Source: Octopus vulgaris (lineage: Eukaryota). From it: 64,000 nucleotides of DNA. Each line of letters opens with the position of its first letter. Position 1 is the stretch's first letter. Of this stretch, positions 1 to 11,959 are shown piece after piece. The position numbers and the translations under genes were made by a program. Under the pieces are notes generated by a model that was given only the letters and a program-made list of their open reading frames with translations, searched no databases and was not told the DNA's origin. The stretch covers positions 82,894,001 through 82,958,000 of the forward strand of contig OX597816.1 in NCBI GenBank assembly GCA_951406725.2. The letters run 5' to 3'.

Positions 1-207
1 ACTAAGCTGGGGTGACCTAATCAAACTAGCCCCAGTTGTCAAGCCGTGGTGTTGGAAAAATACAAACACAAAGGCACACACACACACACATACACACACA
101 CACATACACACACACATACATACACACAAACACACAAACACATACACATACATACATACATACATACATACATACATACATACACATACATACATGCCAT
201 ACATACA

Positions 208-440
208 TTATTAGGGCCCTGGTATATGTGACACACTGCCTAAATACCTATCTTGAGAAATTAAGCTTCTCAAAACCAGAAAGAAAAAAGCTGATTCGAA
301 GACAACTGATCAAAGCCATCACTGGAACTGTAAAAATCTGTGCAACTTTCCAGAAGTTTATCATTTAAATATATTTGAGCATGTCTAAATATGCAAGCAT
401 AAGAAGACTTACATAAAACAAAACATACAAATCTGCACTA
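208..440 (+). pseudogene. 3' end of RLE-type (R4/Dong-like) non-LTR retrotransposon, family A (CATA-associated)
   Basis: Translates IIRALVYVTHCLNTYLEKLSFSKPERKKLIRRQLIKAITGTVKICATFQKFII* (stop at 368). Clearly homologous to 53776-54078 (VISGALGYVTNCLSTNLEKTSFSKSERRKLIR...), and the 3' UTR also aligns. Confidence 0.8.
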
Positions 441-516
441 TACCTACCTACCTACCTACCTACCTACCTACCTACCTACCTACCTACCTACCTACCTACC
501 TACCTACCTACATACA

Positions 517-552
<36 letters not shown>

Positions 553-556
553 TATA
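440..556. repeat. (CCTA)n-(CATA)n-(TA)n compound microsatellite
   Basis: Directly visible. Confidence 0.95.
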
Positions 557-624
557 CTAGCTGAAGGTGACCCGCTCTACGCGCGGGTAAGAGTGTGGTT
601 GTTACTTTCTGTTGCTTCCTTTCA

Positions 625-943
625 GCACGTAAAAAGCACCATCCGAACGTGGCGGATTGCAGCGCCGCCTTGACTGGCTTCTGTGCTGGTGGCACGTAAA
701 AAGCACCAACCGATCGTGGCCGCTGCCAGCCCCCTGGCACCTGTGCAGGCGGCACGAAAAAAGCACCCACTACGCTCACAGAGTGGTTGGCGTTAGGAAG
801 GGCATCCACCTGTCGAAACACTGCCAGATCAGACTGGAGCCTGGTGCAGCCTCCTGGCTTCCCAGACCCCTGTCAAACTGTCCAACCCGTGCTAGCACGG
901 AAAACGGACGTTAAACGATGATGATGATGATGATGATGATGAT
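625..943 (+). mobile_element. 5'-truncated SINE with (GAT)n tail (RTE-type 3' end)
   Basis: Three internal GCACGTAAAAAGCACC-like repeats, the conserved GGTTGGCGTTAGGAAGGGCATCC block, and the end GGAAAACGGACGTTAAAC followed by (GAT)9. Confidence 0.75.
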
Positions 944-1631
944 TCTCCCTCTTTGTTTCTTTCTCCTTTCTCTCTCACTTTCCCACTCTCTTACTCTTCC
1001 TTTCTCTCGGACTCTCCCTCGCTTTCTCTTACTCTCTATCTTTATGTATCTCTCTCCCATTTATAAACAACAAAAGATCTTGAGTAAGTTGACAAATAAA
1101 ATATTTAGAAAGATCAATCATAAATATCAGGCAGTTACAAAGGAAAGGTCTGCTTCAAGACAGACAGCAAAACACTAACATTTAAAAGGGACAGACGAAC
1201 TTGCGAGCTGAATAAAAATAATAAAATATTGGAAACCAAAGTTTGAAGGGATAGAATTTGAGGATAGTAGAGTCACCATGGCTGGCATTTCTTAACGACG
1301 GACAGCAACGTATTGACAGTTCAACGGCTGGCGTAAAAGTTTGAACTTGATGTAAAAGAAAATCCCTAAAAACCAAGTTTTGACTTGATTCTTTCTCACG
1401 ACAGTAGACTCACGATGGCAAGCATTCAAAACTTCTTCATCATGGACGGCAACACATTGACGATTAAAAGGCTGGAGCAAATTTTTTAGCTTGATGTAAC
1501 AGAGAATTGCTAAACACCCGCTCCTTTAAATTTTAATCCCCTTCCAGCCCCATTTATACCCCTTTTCACCTTTTGGTTAATATAACCCGATTTCATTTGG
1601 GTCTACTGGGGCCACATTTTATAAGATGAGG

Positions 1632-1829
1632 ACTCAACCAAGTTTCCCAAGTTCTGGTCATAGACCATAGAACACTCAACCAAGTTTCCCGATTTCTGGT
1701 CATAGACCATAGAACAGTCAAGCAAGTTTCCCGAGTTCTGGTCATAGACCATAGAACACTCAACCAAGTTTCCCGAGTTCTGGTCATAGACCATAGAACA
1801 CTAAACCAAGTTTCCCGAGTTCTGGTCAT
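1632..1829. repeat. 42-bp minisatellite, ~4.7 copies, hairpin-forming unit
   Basis: Unit ACTCAACCAAGTTTCCCGAGTTCTGGTCATAGACCATAGAAC starts at 1632, 1674, 1716, 1758 and 1800. No spacers. Confidence 0.95.
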
Positions 1830-2074
1830 TTGCAGAATAAATAGAGACGGCGGAGGTGGCAGACGTCGTTGCAATGTAAACATGATTTGTAATAAGAGAA
1901 AGATTGTCCAGATTGTGTGTTGGTGGTGTTGGTGGTGGCGATGATAATTATCATTAGGAAAAAGAGTGAGTGAGTGAGGAAGACATACATAAGTTGTGGC
2001 GATGATAATTGTAGACCCCTTTTCACATTTTGATGAAGAGAACCCGATTTCATTCGGGTGTACTGGGCCACATA

Positions 2075-2116
<42 letters not shown>

Positions 2117-2688
2117 ACGCTGTAGAAATTAAATTAGAGATAAAACCACTAATAGGGAAATGAAACAGTAAAAAACCAAAAACAAAAACATAAAAATAAA
2201 AATATATTAGATATATGTATATATATGTGTGTGTGTGTATGTGTGTGTGTTGACAGGTAGACAATAGAATGCGATGGCGATGGGGATGGCGATGTAATAT
2301 TTGTTACTGTCCATGAACGCTGATAGATACATGAGTAAAATGTATAGGAAGGTAAGAAATAAGAGTGAGTGAAAATGTTCTTGGAAGAGAGTAAAGAGCG
2401 ACAGAGTGATTTGAGGAAGACTTTACATTAAATAACGGTAGTTGCATTGTCAAATGAAGAGGAGTGACAGAGTAGTGGAGGAAATAGGGTGAGGTAGGAA
2501 GATGGCCCCTAGCAACCACACCATTTAAGATAGGGATTTGTAAGGTAGCCCACGCGCATCGTCACCTCATTCTACATGTCCCTGTAAATTTTGGAGCGAA
2601 TCGGACGGGATGTAGTGGCATTGAAAGCGAACCAAGCGGTAAAAACGCATTTCAGTTTTATATATAGAGATATATATATACATAGAAG

Positions 2689-2893
2689 GAGCACTCCGTC
2701 GGTTGCGACGACAAGGGTCCCAGCTGATACGATCAACGGAACAGCTTGCTCGTGAAATTAACGTGCAAGTGGCTGAGCACTCCACAAACACGTGTACCCT
2801 CAACGCAGTTCCCGGGGAGATTCAGCGTGACACAGAGTGTGACAAGACTGGCCTTTGAAATACAGGTACTACTCATTTTTGCCAGCTGAGTGG
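2689..2893 (-). mobile_element. 3' half of SINE with Deu-like central domain
   Basis: The minus strand begins CCACTCAGCTGGCAAAAATGAGTAGTACCTG, resembling the Deu-type block CCACCCAGCTGTAAATGGGTACC. Recognised from recall as an abundant octopus repeat. Confidence 0.6.
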
Positions 2894-2940
2894 GCATACA
2901 TACATACATACATACATACATACATACATACATACATACA

Positions 2941-3056
2941 TGCAAAAATACCCAGTTACTGATGTTGAAATTCCAATGAAGGATCCTTGGATCTGGGTTA
3001 GAAACCGGTTCTTTCTCTATTGGCAAGAAGTCTTGAAATAAAACTGATTTATGACA
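2941..3056 (+). mobile_element. Extreme 3' UTR of RLE family A
   Basis: TGATGTTGAAATTCCAATGAAGG...GGTTAGAAACC...TCTATTGGCAAGAA...AAAACTGA matches 54200-54310 and is followed by CATACATAC. Confidence 0.8.
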
Positions 3057-3083
3057 TACATACATATGATATGCATGTGTATT

Positions 3084-3123
<40 letters not shown>

Positions 3124-3150
3124 TGTTTGTGTGCGTTTGTATTTGTGTGT

Positions 3151-3191
<41 letters not shown>

Positions 3192-3203
3192 CATACACGC
3201 ACA

Positions 3204-3300
3204 GACATCAATACAAAGAATACTGGTGGAACATCTCCATCAAAATGTCTGTCAAGTGTAAACATAACAGGCCGGATACTGTTGTTTGAGACAGACAAGT
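3204..3300 (+). pseudogene. RLE family A endonuclease fragment
   Basis: HQYKEYWWNISIKMSVKCKHNRPDTVV*DR aligns with HNMKDYRWNVLVKASIKCKHNRPDIVIWDR at 53695-53785. The RPD motif is present. Confidence 0.75.
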
Positions 3301-3661
3301 AAAAGTAGGTACCGCCATACAGAGCCGTAAATATTATTAACCACACAGACTCCGAGGCATAGCAATAAATGGTTTTTCCACTATTTGCATATAGTCATGG
3401 ACTGGCGATTCAGTTCGCCCTCGTTTCGGCTCAGGTACTTGATGTTAATAAGCCACAAAAATGGTGAAGTAACAGTATCCATCTTTCCTGAATGAGATTG
3501 AGAATGAATCGTCTTGCCTTTCTATGACTTTCATGTGTTTTAACAGCCAGCGCTTTGAAGGAGTCATCTCCACAGCGCGATATAGCAGCCTATTGGCGAA
3601 CAAGCTAACCACATTCATTGAATATGTGCTGTCGATAATACACACACACATACGCACACGT

Positions 3662-3964
3662 ACGTACGTATGTACGTATGTATGTATGTATGTATGTATG
3701 TATGTATGTATGTATGTATGTATGTATGTATGTATGTATGTATTTATGTATGTATTTATGTATGTATGTATGTATATACGTCTTTCTGATTGTATGTATG
3801 TATGTATGTATGTATGTATGTATGTATGTATGTATGTATGTATGTATGTATGTATGTATGTATGTATGTATGTATGTATGTATGTATGTATGTATGTATG
3901 TATGTATGTATGTATGTATGTGTGTATGTGTATGTATGTGTGTATGTATGTATGTATGTGTGTA

Positions 3965-3996
<32 letters not shown>

Positions 3997-4152
3997 GGTA
4001 TGTATGTGTGTATGTGTGTATGTATGTATGTATGTATGTATGTATGTACATATGTACGTATGTATGTGTGTATGTATGTATGTATGTATGTTTGTATGTG
4101 TGTATGTATGTATGTATGTATGTATGTATGTATGTATGTATGTATGTATGTG
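3662..4152. repeat. (TATG)n microsatellite
   Basis: Directly visible. Confidence 0.95.
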
Positions 4153-4159
4153 TACGCCA

Positions 4160-4301
4160 CGTTTCTGTTAGTTTGCACCTAGCCCATCCACTTACAAAGC
4201 TTTGGTCGGCGTGCGGCTATTGTGGAAGACATTTGCCCAAGGTGCCACGCACTCGGAACTATGTGGTTGGGAAGCAAACCTTTTACTACGTAACCACGCC
4301 T
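4160..4301 (-). mobile_element. SINE family S2 (tRNA head plus CORE-like domain), 5' part
   Basis: Reverse complement of the head of the 23433 copy (GGCACCTTGGGCAAATGTCTTC...CCGACCAAAGC). Confidence 0.8.
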
Positions 4302-4511
4302 ACACACACGTAACGTTAAGTATACGCAAACGCATCTATGTCACACTTAAATCACACTCGCATATGTTACAAATATGTCAAAAATATGCATACATGGACA
4401 TGCACACAGACTCATATGCATACACACACACAGACATGTATATGTTGTATGTACGTATGCATGTATGTATGCATGTATGTATGCATGTACGTCTGTATGT
4501 ATGTTTGTATG

Positions 4512-4582
<71 letters not shown>

Positions 4583-4605
4583 ATATATATATATATATAT
4601 ATATA

Positions 4606-4768
4606 ATACAAAATGGGACAAGAACGCAAAACATTCGGACAACAAGGTGATACAAAAAGGGACAACAAAACATCCAAATAGACGATACAAAAAAACAAGG
4701 ACGGGTCATTTGAAGCTTCCTATCCTCAGTCAAGAACCGGATCATCCTCGCAATTTCGGCTGATTAAT

Positions 4769-4772
<4 letters not shown>
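4606..4772. repeat. Unclassified short element embedded in (TA)n
   Basis: Complex sequence with an internal GGGACAA...AAAACAT duplication, flanked on both sides by (TA)n. Confidence 0.45.
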
Positions 4773-4817
<45 letters not shown>

Positions 4818-4833
4818 TATATGCACACATATA

Positions 4834-5138
4834 TACGACGAGGTGCCCAAAAGTAAGCGGAAACGTTCTGTGTGGGACAAACCCGTTGTAGTTCAGGTTT
4901 CCGCCGCTAGAACCAACTTGATGCGACCCTCAGGCATCAGTCTGCCGACCAGCGCCGTCTTATGGGTTCGCACAGCCAAATGGTGCGTCTTTGTTTTGCA
5001 GTGTTTCTCTCCTGTTCGATTTTTGCGGTGGCTGAAACGAAGGGACAGCCTGCACACGCATGCGCAGTCATGCAACAATACATAGAAGGTATACACTTTC
5101 ATACGTGACATAAAGGCGTCATACATAACTTCAAGCAC
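4834..5138 (+). mobile_element. Mariner-like transposon 5' remnant with inverted transposase fragment
   Basis: Starts TA-CGACGAGGTGCCCAAAAGTAAGCGGAA (mariner-like TIR). A transposase start-like VAETKGQ lies near 5028. The minus strand of ~5070-5138 reads LEVMYDAFMSRMKVYTFY, similar to the mariner HTH region. Confidence 0.5.
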
Positions 5139-5865
5139 ACATATACGTGCACACAGATAAACTTACACGACATACAGCATAAATACATGTCAAGACGGAA
5201 GCCTGAAAGCACCCTTCCTCCCACACACACACATACACACGCAAACCACACACACGTACACGTACACACACACACATACGCGTACACAACCACGTACACA
5301 CACATACACAGAGAGAGAGAGACACACACAGGCACACACACACACACGTACGCGTACACACACGTACGCGTACACACGTACGCGTACACACATACGTACA
5401 CACACAGAGACACACACACAGAGGCACACAAACAGAGGCACACACACACACACATACACACACACAGAGACACACACACACACACAGGCACAGACACATA
5501 CACACATATATACACACACACCTTCGATGCATGCAACATAAATATATGTAAAGACGGAAGCCTCAAAGTACAAACACACGTCTTAAGATCAGAATGCAAT
5601 AGTTTGTGTGGTAAAAAATAAAGGAAAGGAAAAAAAGGAACACCACCACCACCAACAACAAAAAGAAAACCTTTTTTTTGTTGTTGAGGTGTATTGCCAT
5701 CAGACGGAGCAGGTTTAGTGGTTCTGTTGACTTAAGACGAAATAATAATCTTTGTTACAGATTGTCCTCTCTCTAGCTTCAATACATGAAAAGTTTAACT
5801 AAATTACGGCCTTGTTTCTGCTTTATATTCTTCTTTCCTTTTTAAAGGAAAAAAAAAACGACTGG

Positions 5866-6070
5866 GTGAGACTGAGGGATAGAGAGAGGGAGAGAGAGAG
5901 ACTAACTGTAAGAGAGAGAGAGAGAGGGAAGGAGAAAGAGAGAGTGTACATGTGTGAGAGAGTGAGTGTATGTATGTGAATGAGAGACGGAGAGAGGGAA
6001 GGAGAAAGAGAGAGAAGGAGAAAGAGAGAGAAGGAGAAAGAGAGAGAAGGAGAAAGAGAGAGAAGGAGAA

Positions 6071-6104
<34 letters not shown>

Positions 6105-6411
6105 TGTGTGTGTTTGAGAGAGAGTAAGTGTGTGTGTGAGTGAGTGAGAGAGAAAGAGGGAGTGTGTGAGAGGGAGAGAGTGAGTGTATGTGTGTGTGAG
6201 AGAGAGACTGATAGAGAGAGACTAACTGAGAGAAAGAAGGAAGGAGAAAGCAAGAGAAAGAGAGAGTGTGTGTGAGAGCGAGAGAGTGAGTGTGTGTGTA
6301 TGTGAGTGGGAGAGAGAGAAAGAGGGAGTGAGAAAGAGAGAGAGAGAGTGTGTGTGTATGAGAGAGAGAAAGAGAGAGAAAGAGAGAGAGAACGAGGAGA
6401 GAGAGAGAGAG

Positions 6412-6476
<65 letters not shown>
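5866..6476. repeat. (GA)n/(GT)n compound microsatellite
   Basis: Directly visible. Confidence 0.95.
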
Positions 6477-6480
<4 letters not shown>

Positions 6481-6535
6481 GTCTTTCTATAGGAAAGATT
6501 AGTTCAGCAAAATGTTTCCTTGTGGTTGTGTTAAT

Positions 6536-7730
6536 GTTGCGAGCTGTCACGATCGTTACAGTGTCGGAAAAAAAAAAAAAGCCTTGAAATATTTTTTTCC
6601 GACTCTCCACGTTCTGAGTTCGAATTCCACCTTTATCAACTTTGCCTCTCATCACTGCGAGGTCATTAAAATAAGTAGCGGTCAAGTACTGGAGTCGATG
6701 GAATCGATTAGATTCCCCCCCCACCACAAAATTTCAGGCCTTGTGTCTATAGTAAAAAGGATTATTATTATTATTGGTGGCAAGCTGGCAGAGAAGTAGC
6801 ATGCCGGACGAAATGTTTAACGTTCTGAGTTCGAATTCCGCAGAGGTCGACTTTGCCTTTCATCCTTTCGGGGTCGATTAAATAAGTACCAGTTACGTAC
6901 TGGGTCGATGTTTGTCTGTCCTTGTTTGTCCTCTCTGTGTTTAGCTCCTTGTAGGTAATAAAGAAATAGGCATTTCGTCCGTCGCTACGTACTGAGTTCA
7001 AATTCCACTCGAGTCGAATTTGCCTTTCATCCTTTCGGAGTCGATAAAATAAGTACCAGTTGAGTTTTGGGGTCGACTATCCCCCTCCAACAAAATTGCT
7101 GGCATTGTGCCAAAATTTGAAATCCTTATTATTACTATTATTGTTGGTGGCGAGCTGGCAGAATCATTAGCATGCAGAGCAAAAGGCTTAATCCGAGTAT
7201 TTCGTCCGTTTTTACGTTCTGAGTACAAATTCTGCTGAGGTCGACTTTGCCTTTCATCCTTTCGGAGTCGTTAAAATAAGTACCAGTTGTATAGTGGAGT
7301 CGATGTAATCGACTAGCCCTTCCCCAAAATTTCAGACCTAGTGCCTAGAGTAGAAAAGATTATTATTATTATTCTTTTCTTCTCTAGGAACAAGGCCCGA
7401 AACTTTGGGGGAGGAGGAAAGTCGATTACATCGACCCCAGTACGCAACTGGTACTTAATTTATCGACCCCGAAAGGATGAAAGGCAAAGTCGACCTCGGC
7501 GGAATTTGAACTCAGAACGTAATGACAGATGAAATACCGCTAAGCATTTTGCCCAGCGTGCTAACGTTTCTGCCAGCTCGCCGCCTTTGGTGGTGATGTG
7601 TCAGAATCGTTAGTGCGCTGGACGAAATGCTTAGCGGTATTTCATCTGTCTTTACGTTCTGAGTTCAAATTCCGGCGAGGTCGACTTTGCCTTTCATCCT
7701 TTCGGTGTTTCATCTGCCGCTACGTTCTGA
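6536..7730. mobile_element. Cluster of six SINE S1 copies (tRNA-derived head, GTCGACTTTGCCTTTCATCCTTTCGGGGTCGAT core)
   Basis: Copies at ~6536-6775(+), 6776-6968(+), 6969-7145(+), 7146-7372(+), 7373-7585(-) and 7589-7730(+). A box (GCTGGCAGAATCGTTAG), B box (GAGTTCAAATTCC) and mostly (ATT)n tails. Confidence 0.9.
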
Positions 7731-7869
7731 CGCCTTCGTTGGCTCGATGCCCCAAAATAATTCCTCAGTTTGCAGGAGAAACTCTAAAAGTTCACTCTGA
7801 GTTTGTAACCACTAATAAACATCAACACCCCTTCACAATAACAAGAGTCTGTTTTGTGCAACCACAGTT

Positions 7870-9160
7870 TTTGTAAAAATGAATATTGCAAATTTTATTT
7901 GGCCTTCGAAAACCGCGACAATTTGCGATTGAAAGAATGGAATATCAAAATAGTGACAGTAGCTAAATTCTTAGAGCTCGGATAAGATGTACTGTGGTAT
8001 TTTATTTAGCTATGGCCCTTTATATTCTGAGTTCAAATTCCGCTAAATACCAATCTAATACTAGATGGTTGATATATTTGACTGCAGATTGATGCCACCT
8101 GGGAGTGATGGTCCGATTAGATTTTTAGGTATGGCAAGTTTCGTTTAATGCTATGTAAACGCCTCTTGGTCTTTGGTTTTAGAAAAGAAAAAGAATGGGA
8201 TTTTCTGAGTTGGATAGCAGTAATATTAGTACTGTTCGTTTCAATGAAGCTCTTTATAATTGGGTAAATGTCACTTTGTGGAGGCGCATGGCCTAGTGGT
8301 TAGAGCAGTGAACTCGCGGTCGAGGGATCGCGGGTTCGAATCTCAGACCGGGTGATGTGTGTGTTTATGAGCGAAGCACCTAAGCTCCACGCGGCTCCGG
8401 CAGAAGGTAATGGCGAACTTCTGCTGACTCTTTCGCCACAACCTTCTCTCACTCTTTCCTCCTGCATCTTGCAGCTCACCTGCGACGGACCGGCGTCCCG
8501 TCCAGGTGGGGAACCTATACGCCAAGAAAACCGGGAAATGTCACTTTGAAAGTATTTTTCATTTAAAGCCTTCCGTATGTTGCTACAGCTTTGATGTTGC
8601 CTCTTATGGCAGAAAGGCACGGTTTATAATGGCCCACATAAGCAGCATACGTGCTCGTTCTGCCATGTTTTATAAGGTGTTTCACAGCGAAGATGTCTTG
8701 TATAGTAGCTAGTCTGCTGCTACTGGTACACATGATACCGAAATATCACAGCAGATTGACTCGTATGATGGAGATTTTATTGGCTTGTCACCGTTTGTGA
8801 TATCACGACCATAGCTTATTGTTTGTTTTTCAAATTGTTCACTTAAGGTATCGTTTATTTAATTGTATATGAAAAGTGCCAAATCTGTGTTAATTCTCTA
8901 CTGACCTATTCATATAATCTTGTATCTGGCAGTATGAGGAAGCGCAGTGGTGTTGTATAAAGCTAGGTCGAAAGCTTTGGAGACAGCTATATTTTTCAAT
9001 TAAATTTCTTCTACTTCTTACACAATTTTCCCTACATTCTTTATCTAGACAGAGGATTCTAGTCTTTGAGTTCCAGCTGTTGGCTCTAGTTTGTGTCTGA
9101 CAATATTGAGTAATAATCTCTTATTTCTTCCATGTTTCTTGTCATATAGCTTCACATGGG
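7870..9160 (-). mobile_element. Possible highly decayed LINE fragment interrupted by the 8279 SINE
   Basis: Complex non-microsatellite sequence with only weak LINE C-terminal-like peptide hints on the minus strand. No clean motif. Confidence 0.2.
8279..8535 (+). mobile_element. tRNA-derived SINE with V-like domain and 13-bp TSD
   Basis: A box TGGCCTAGTGG, B box GGTTCGAATCT and V-SINE-like CCTGCGACGGACCGGCGTCCCGTCCAGG. TSD AAATGTCACTTTG at 8266-8278 and 8536-8548. Confidence 0.9.
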
Positions 9161-9262
9161 AGCATACAAATGTATGGAGTGCTTTAACTGATTTTTAGCT
9201 TAATGTTAACTGTTGCACTGAAATGCGTGATCGGTTAACTTTCATTTGTCGATATTATTGTG

Positions 9263-9855
9263 TAACTCCAGATCAGCTTTGATCTAGCGGAGCTTTTATC
9301 AAAGATGTTCCAAGCTCAATCGTCCAATCTTTTATTCAGATGTCTTAGAAGACATTACATAATGCGTGAGTTTTCTTAGAGACACCTTTGTAGACTTGTG
9401 GCTCGTTGTTGTTGTCATTGTTGTTCAACCCCAGGTCAGCCTTGCTCGAGTAGATTTTTCATCAAAGCAAAGTCGATCTTGGATGTTGGTTAGAAAATTT
9501 GTCAGTTTTTATGTATGAAGTTGCAATATTATAACGAACAACAAAACTCCGACTATTTCGTTGTAAATAGACGAAGTGATAGTTGCTATGTTGTTTCACT
9601 GGACAATTTTTATACTTGTTTCTTGAAAACGTATCAATACGTGTACAAATCAAGCCAAAGTGGGAAGCCCTTAAGTAGCCTCTCGACTTGCGAACGACCA
9701 AATCGCCTCAAATGACATCCTATTATGTTAAAAGAATTGAAAGGACTTTGTAGATAATGAAGTGATAGATACAGAAAAGGTGGAACCGACATGGCCGTAA
9801 CGTTTGTGATCATGAGTCAAGTCAGTTAGGGTCGACATGTGATTTAAGAACAACA
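9263..9855. mobile_element. Decayed fragments of a further SINE-like family (both orientations)
   Basis: 9680-9855(+) resembles 36670-36860(+). 9263-9370 and 9420-9460 look like reverse-complement 3' ends finishing in (CAA)n. Confidence 0.45.
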
Positions 9856-10438
9856 TACGTTGCAGCACCAATTTCACTTATAGTAATGATTAATAGAATC
9901 ATTAGAACGTCAGACAAATTCCACGCAGTAATTATTCTGGCGTTCTGAGTTTATGTCATGCCGAGATCAAATTTATTTTTTCATTCTTTTCGGTTTCGAT
10001 AATTAAAACATCCGTACGATACTGGAGCAAATTTCTCTAGTTTTCTTTTATATTCGCTGCTGCTGTGTGAGAGGTTTGCCCGATATCATCATAGTGCTAC
10101 ATCCGTCTAAGAAATGGAGAAAGATTGATCGGAAAGCTAACAACTTTTTCTAATCTAGGAAGCCTGGCAAAAAACAAAAAAAAAAAAAAAAACCGTTTCA
10201 AGAAAGCAGAGATACCAGCAATGTTGTAAGTGGCATTAAGTGGCTAGAAAAGGATGGAGACTTTATAGTTACAAAAAACCAAAGCACATATAAAATGATT
10301 TTGTTAAAATTAAAAAAAAACAAAAACATCCATGTAAAATTTCTTTCGAAGTGGGAGCTCTGCGAAGAGATGTTTGTTCAATGCAATTTTCAAGTAAAGT
10401 GATGATGATGATAAAGACGATGATTATGATAGTAGTAG

Positions 10439-10500
<62 letters not shown>

Positions 10501-10523
10501 GTAGTAGTAGCAGCAGCAGCAAC

Positions 10524-10701
10524 GATTTCAAATTTTTGCTCAAGGTCGGTAATTCCGGGGGTAGAGTAAGTGCTCACCTGGTACTTATTTTATCGACCTC
10601 GAAATGATGAAAGGTAAAATCGACCTCAGTGGAATTTGAACTCATAGCGTAAAAGACGGACGAAGTGCCTCTAAGCATTTTGCCCGGCGTGCTAACGAAT
10701 C
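10524..10701 (-). mobile_element. SINE S1 copy
   Basis: CTGGTACTTATTTTATCGACC...GGAATTTGAACTC...TGCCCGGCGTGCTAACGA. Tail abuts the (CAT)n/(TAG)n array at 10400-10520. Confidence 0.85.
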
Positions 10702-11174
10702 AACCAAACAGAGTTACCAACAATGTTCTAGTATCGACGTATCGTATACTCTATTGCTAAAACTGTTAAAAAGAAAGGGAATCGTAGCATCCTCCCACAT
10801 AGGGGAGGCTGAGTACCTACTTTTGAAACCGATGCTATAACACGTTAACTTCGATGCCCTACCGATTTTTGCTAACCCACATTGTTCGCAAGTTATAAAC
10901 ACTAACCCCTACGTATCAGTAATTGTAACTAATTACATATTTCTTTCAGTAATTAGTACTATTCAGTTGTATAATGCTTTCGTATGTCCTATTCTTGGCA
11001 CCAATAGGAAGTATTTTCAATCCTCTGCGGTGGCTGTAAATCAATTTGATCTTACTTCGTTTCCAGTGTGGTCCGCTGAGGTGATCGGAATTTTCCTAAG
11101 ATTCATCAATAAACAAATAAGTCATACCCCGTAGTAACGTTAATGTATTTTGTTGAGTGTAAATATGGAATTCG

Positions 11175-11417
<243 letters not shown>

Positions 11418-11774
11418 CCTTACTTTCACTTTCATGCACAACTTATTCACGCAATCACTTATTTCTTCCTCTCTCTCACCAACAAACACACTCCTTCTTT
11501 CTCTATAAAACATCCTAATTTTCTCTTTTTTGTTTTACATACATGCAAACATACACTTGTTCTCTGTCTGTCTGCCTGCCTGCCTATGCGCGTGCGCGTG
11601 TGCATGTGTATGTGTGTATGCGCGTGTCTGTCACTTCCTTTGCATATATTTATATATATTTACATTAATACGTATCTATATTTCTGTACACATACATATA
11701 TATACATATGTGTGTATATATGCATGTGTATATATGCGTATATATATATATATATTTATATTTGTGTATATATA

Positions 11775-11828
<54 letters not shown>

Positions 11829-11876
11829 CATATACATATACATATATATATACATATATATATATATATGTATATA

Positions 11877-11959
<83 letters not shown>

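Larger units (their letters stand above)
557..2670 (-). mobile_element. Composite non-autonomous Helitron(s)
   Basis: The minus-strand 3' end CTAG (557-560) is preceded by the hairpin ACCCGC/GCGGGT (570-588). The minus-strand 5' end TCTCTATATATAAAACTGAA starts at 2670 and resembles the 5' end of the 47495 element. An alternative TC 5' end lies at 1626. A|T junctions at both ends. Confidence 0.6.

Noticed and set aside
1632-1829. Palindromic 42-bp repeat as a CRISPR array
   Set aside because: Units are contiguous with no unique spacers, there are no cas genes and the context is eukaryotic.
3390-3640. Possible plus-strand exon pair (donor ~3434, acceptor ~3546)
   Set aside because: Peptides are unrecognisable, and the second segment runs into a microsatellite without a donor.
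8279-8352. tRNA gene
   Set aside because: A and B boxes are present, but there is no closed acceptor stem and it continues into a SINE body bounded by a TSD.
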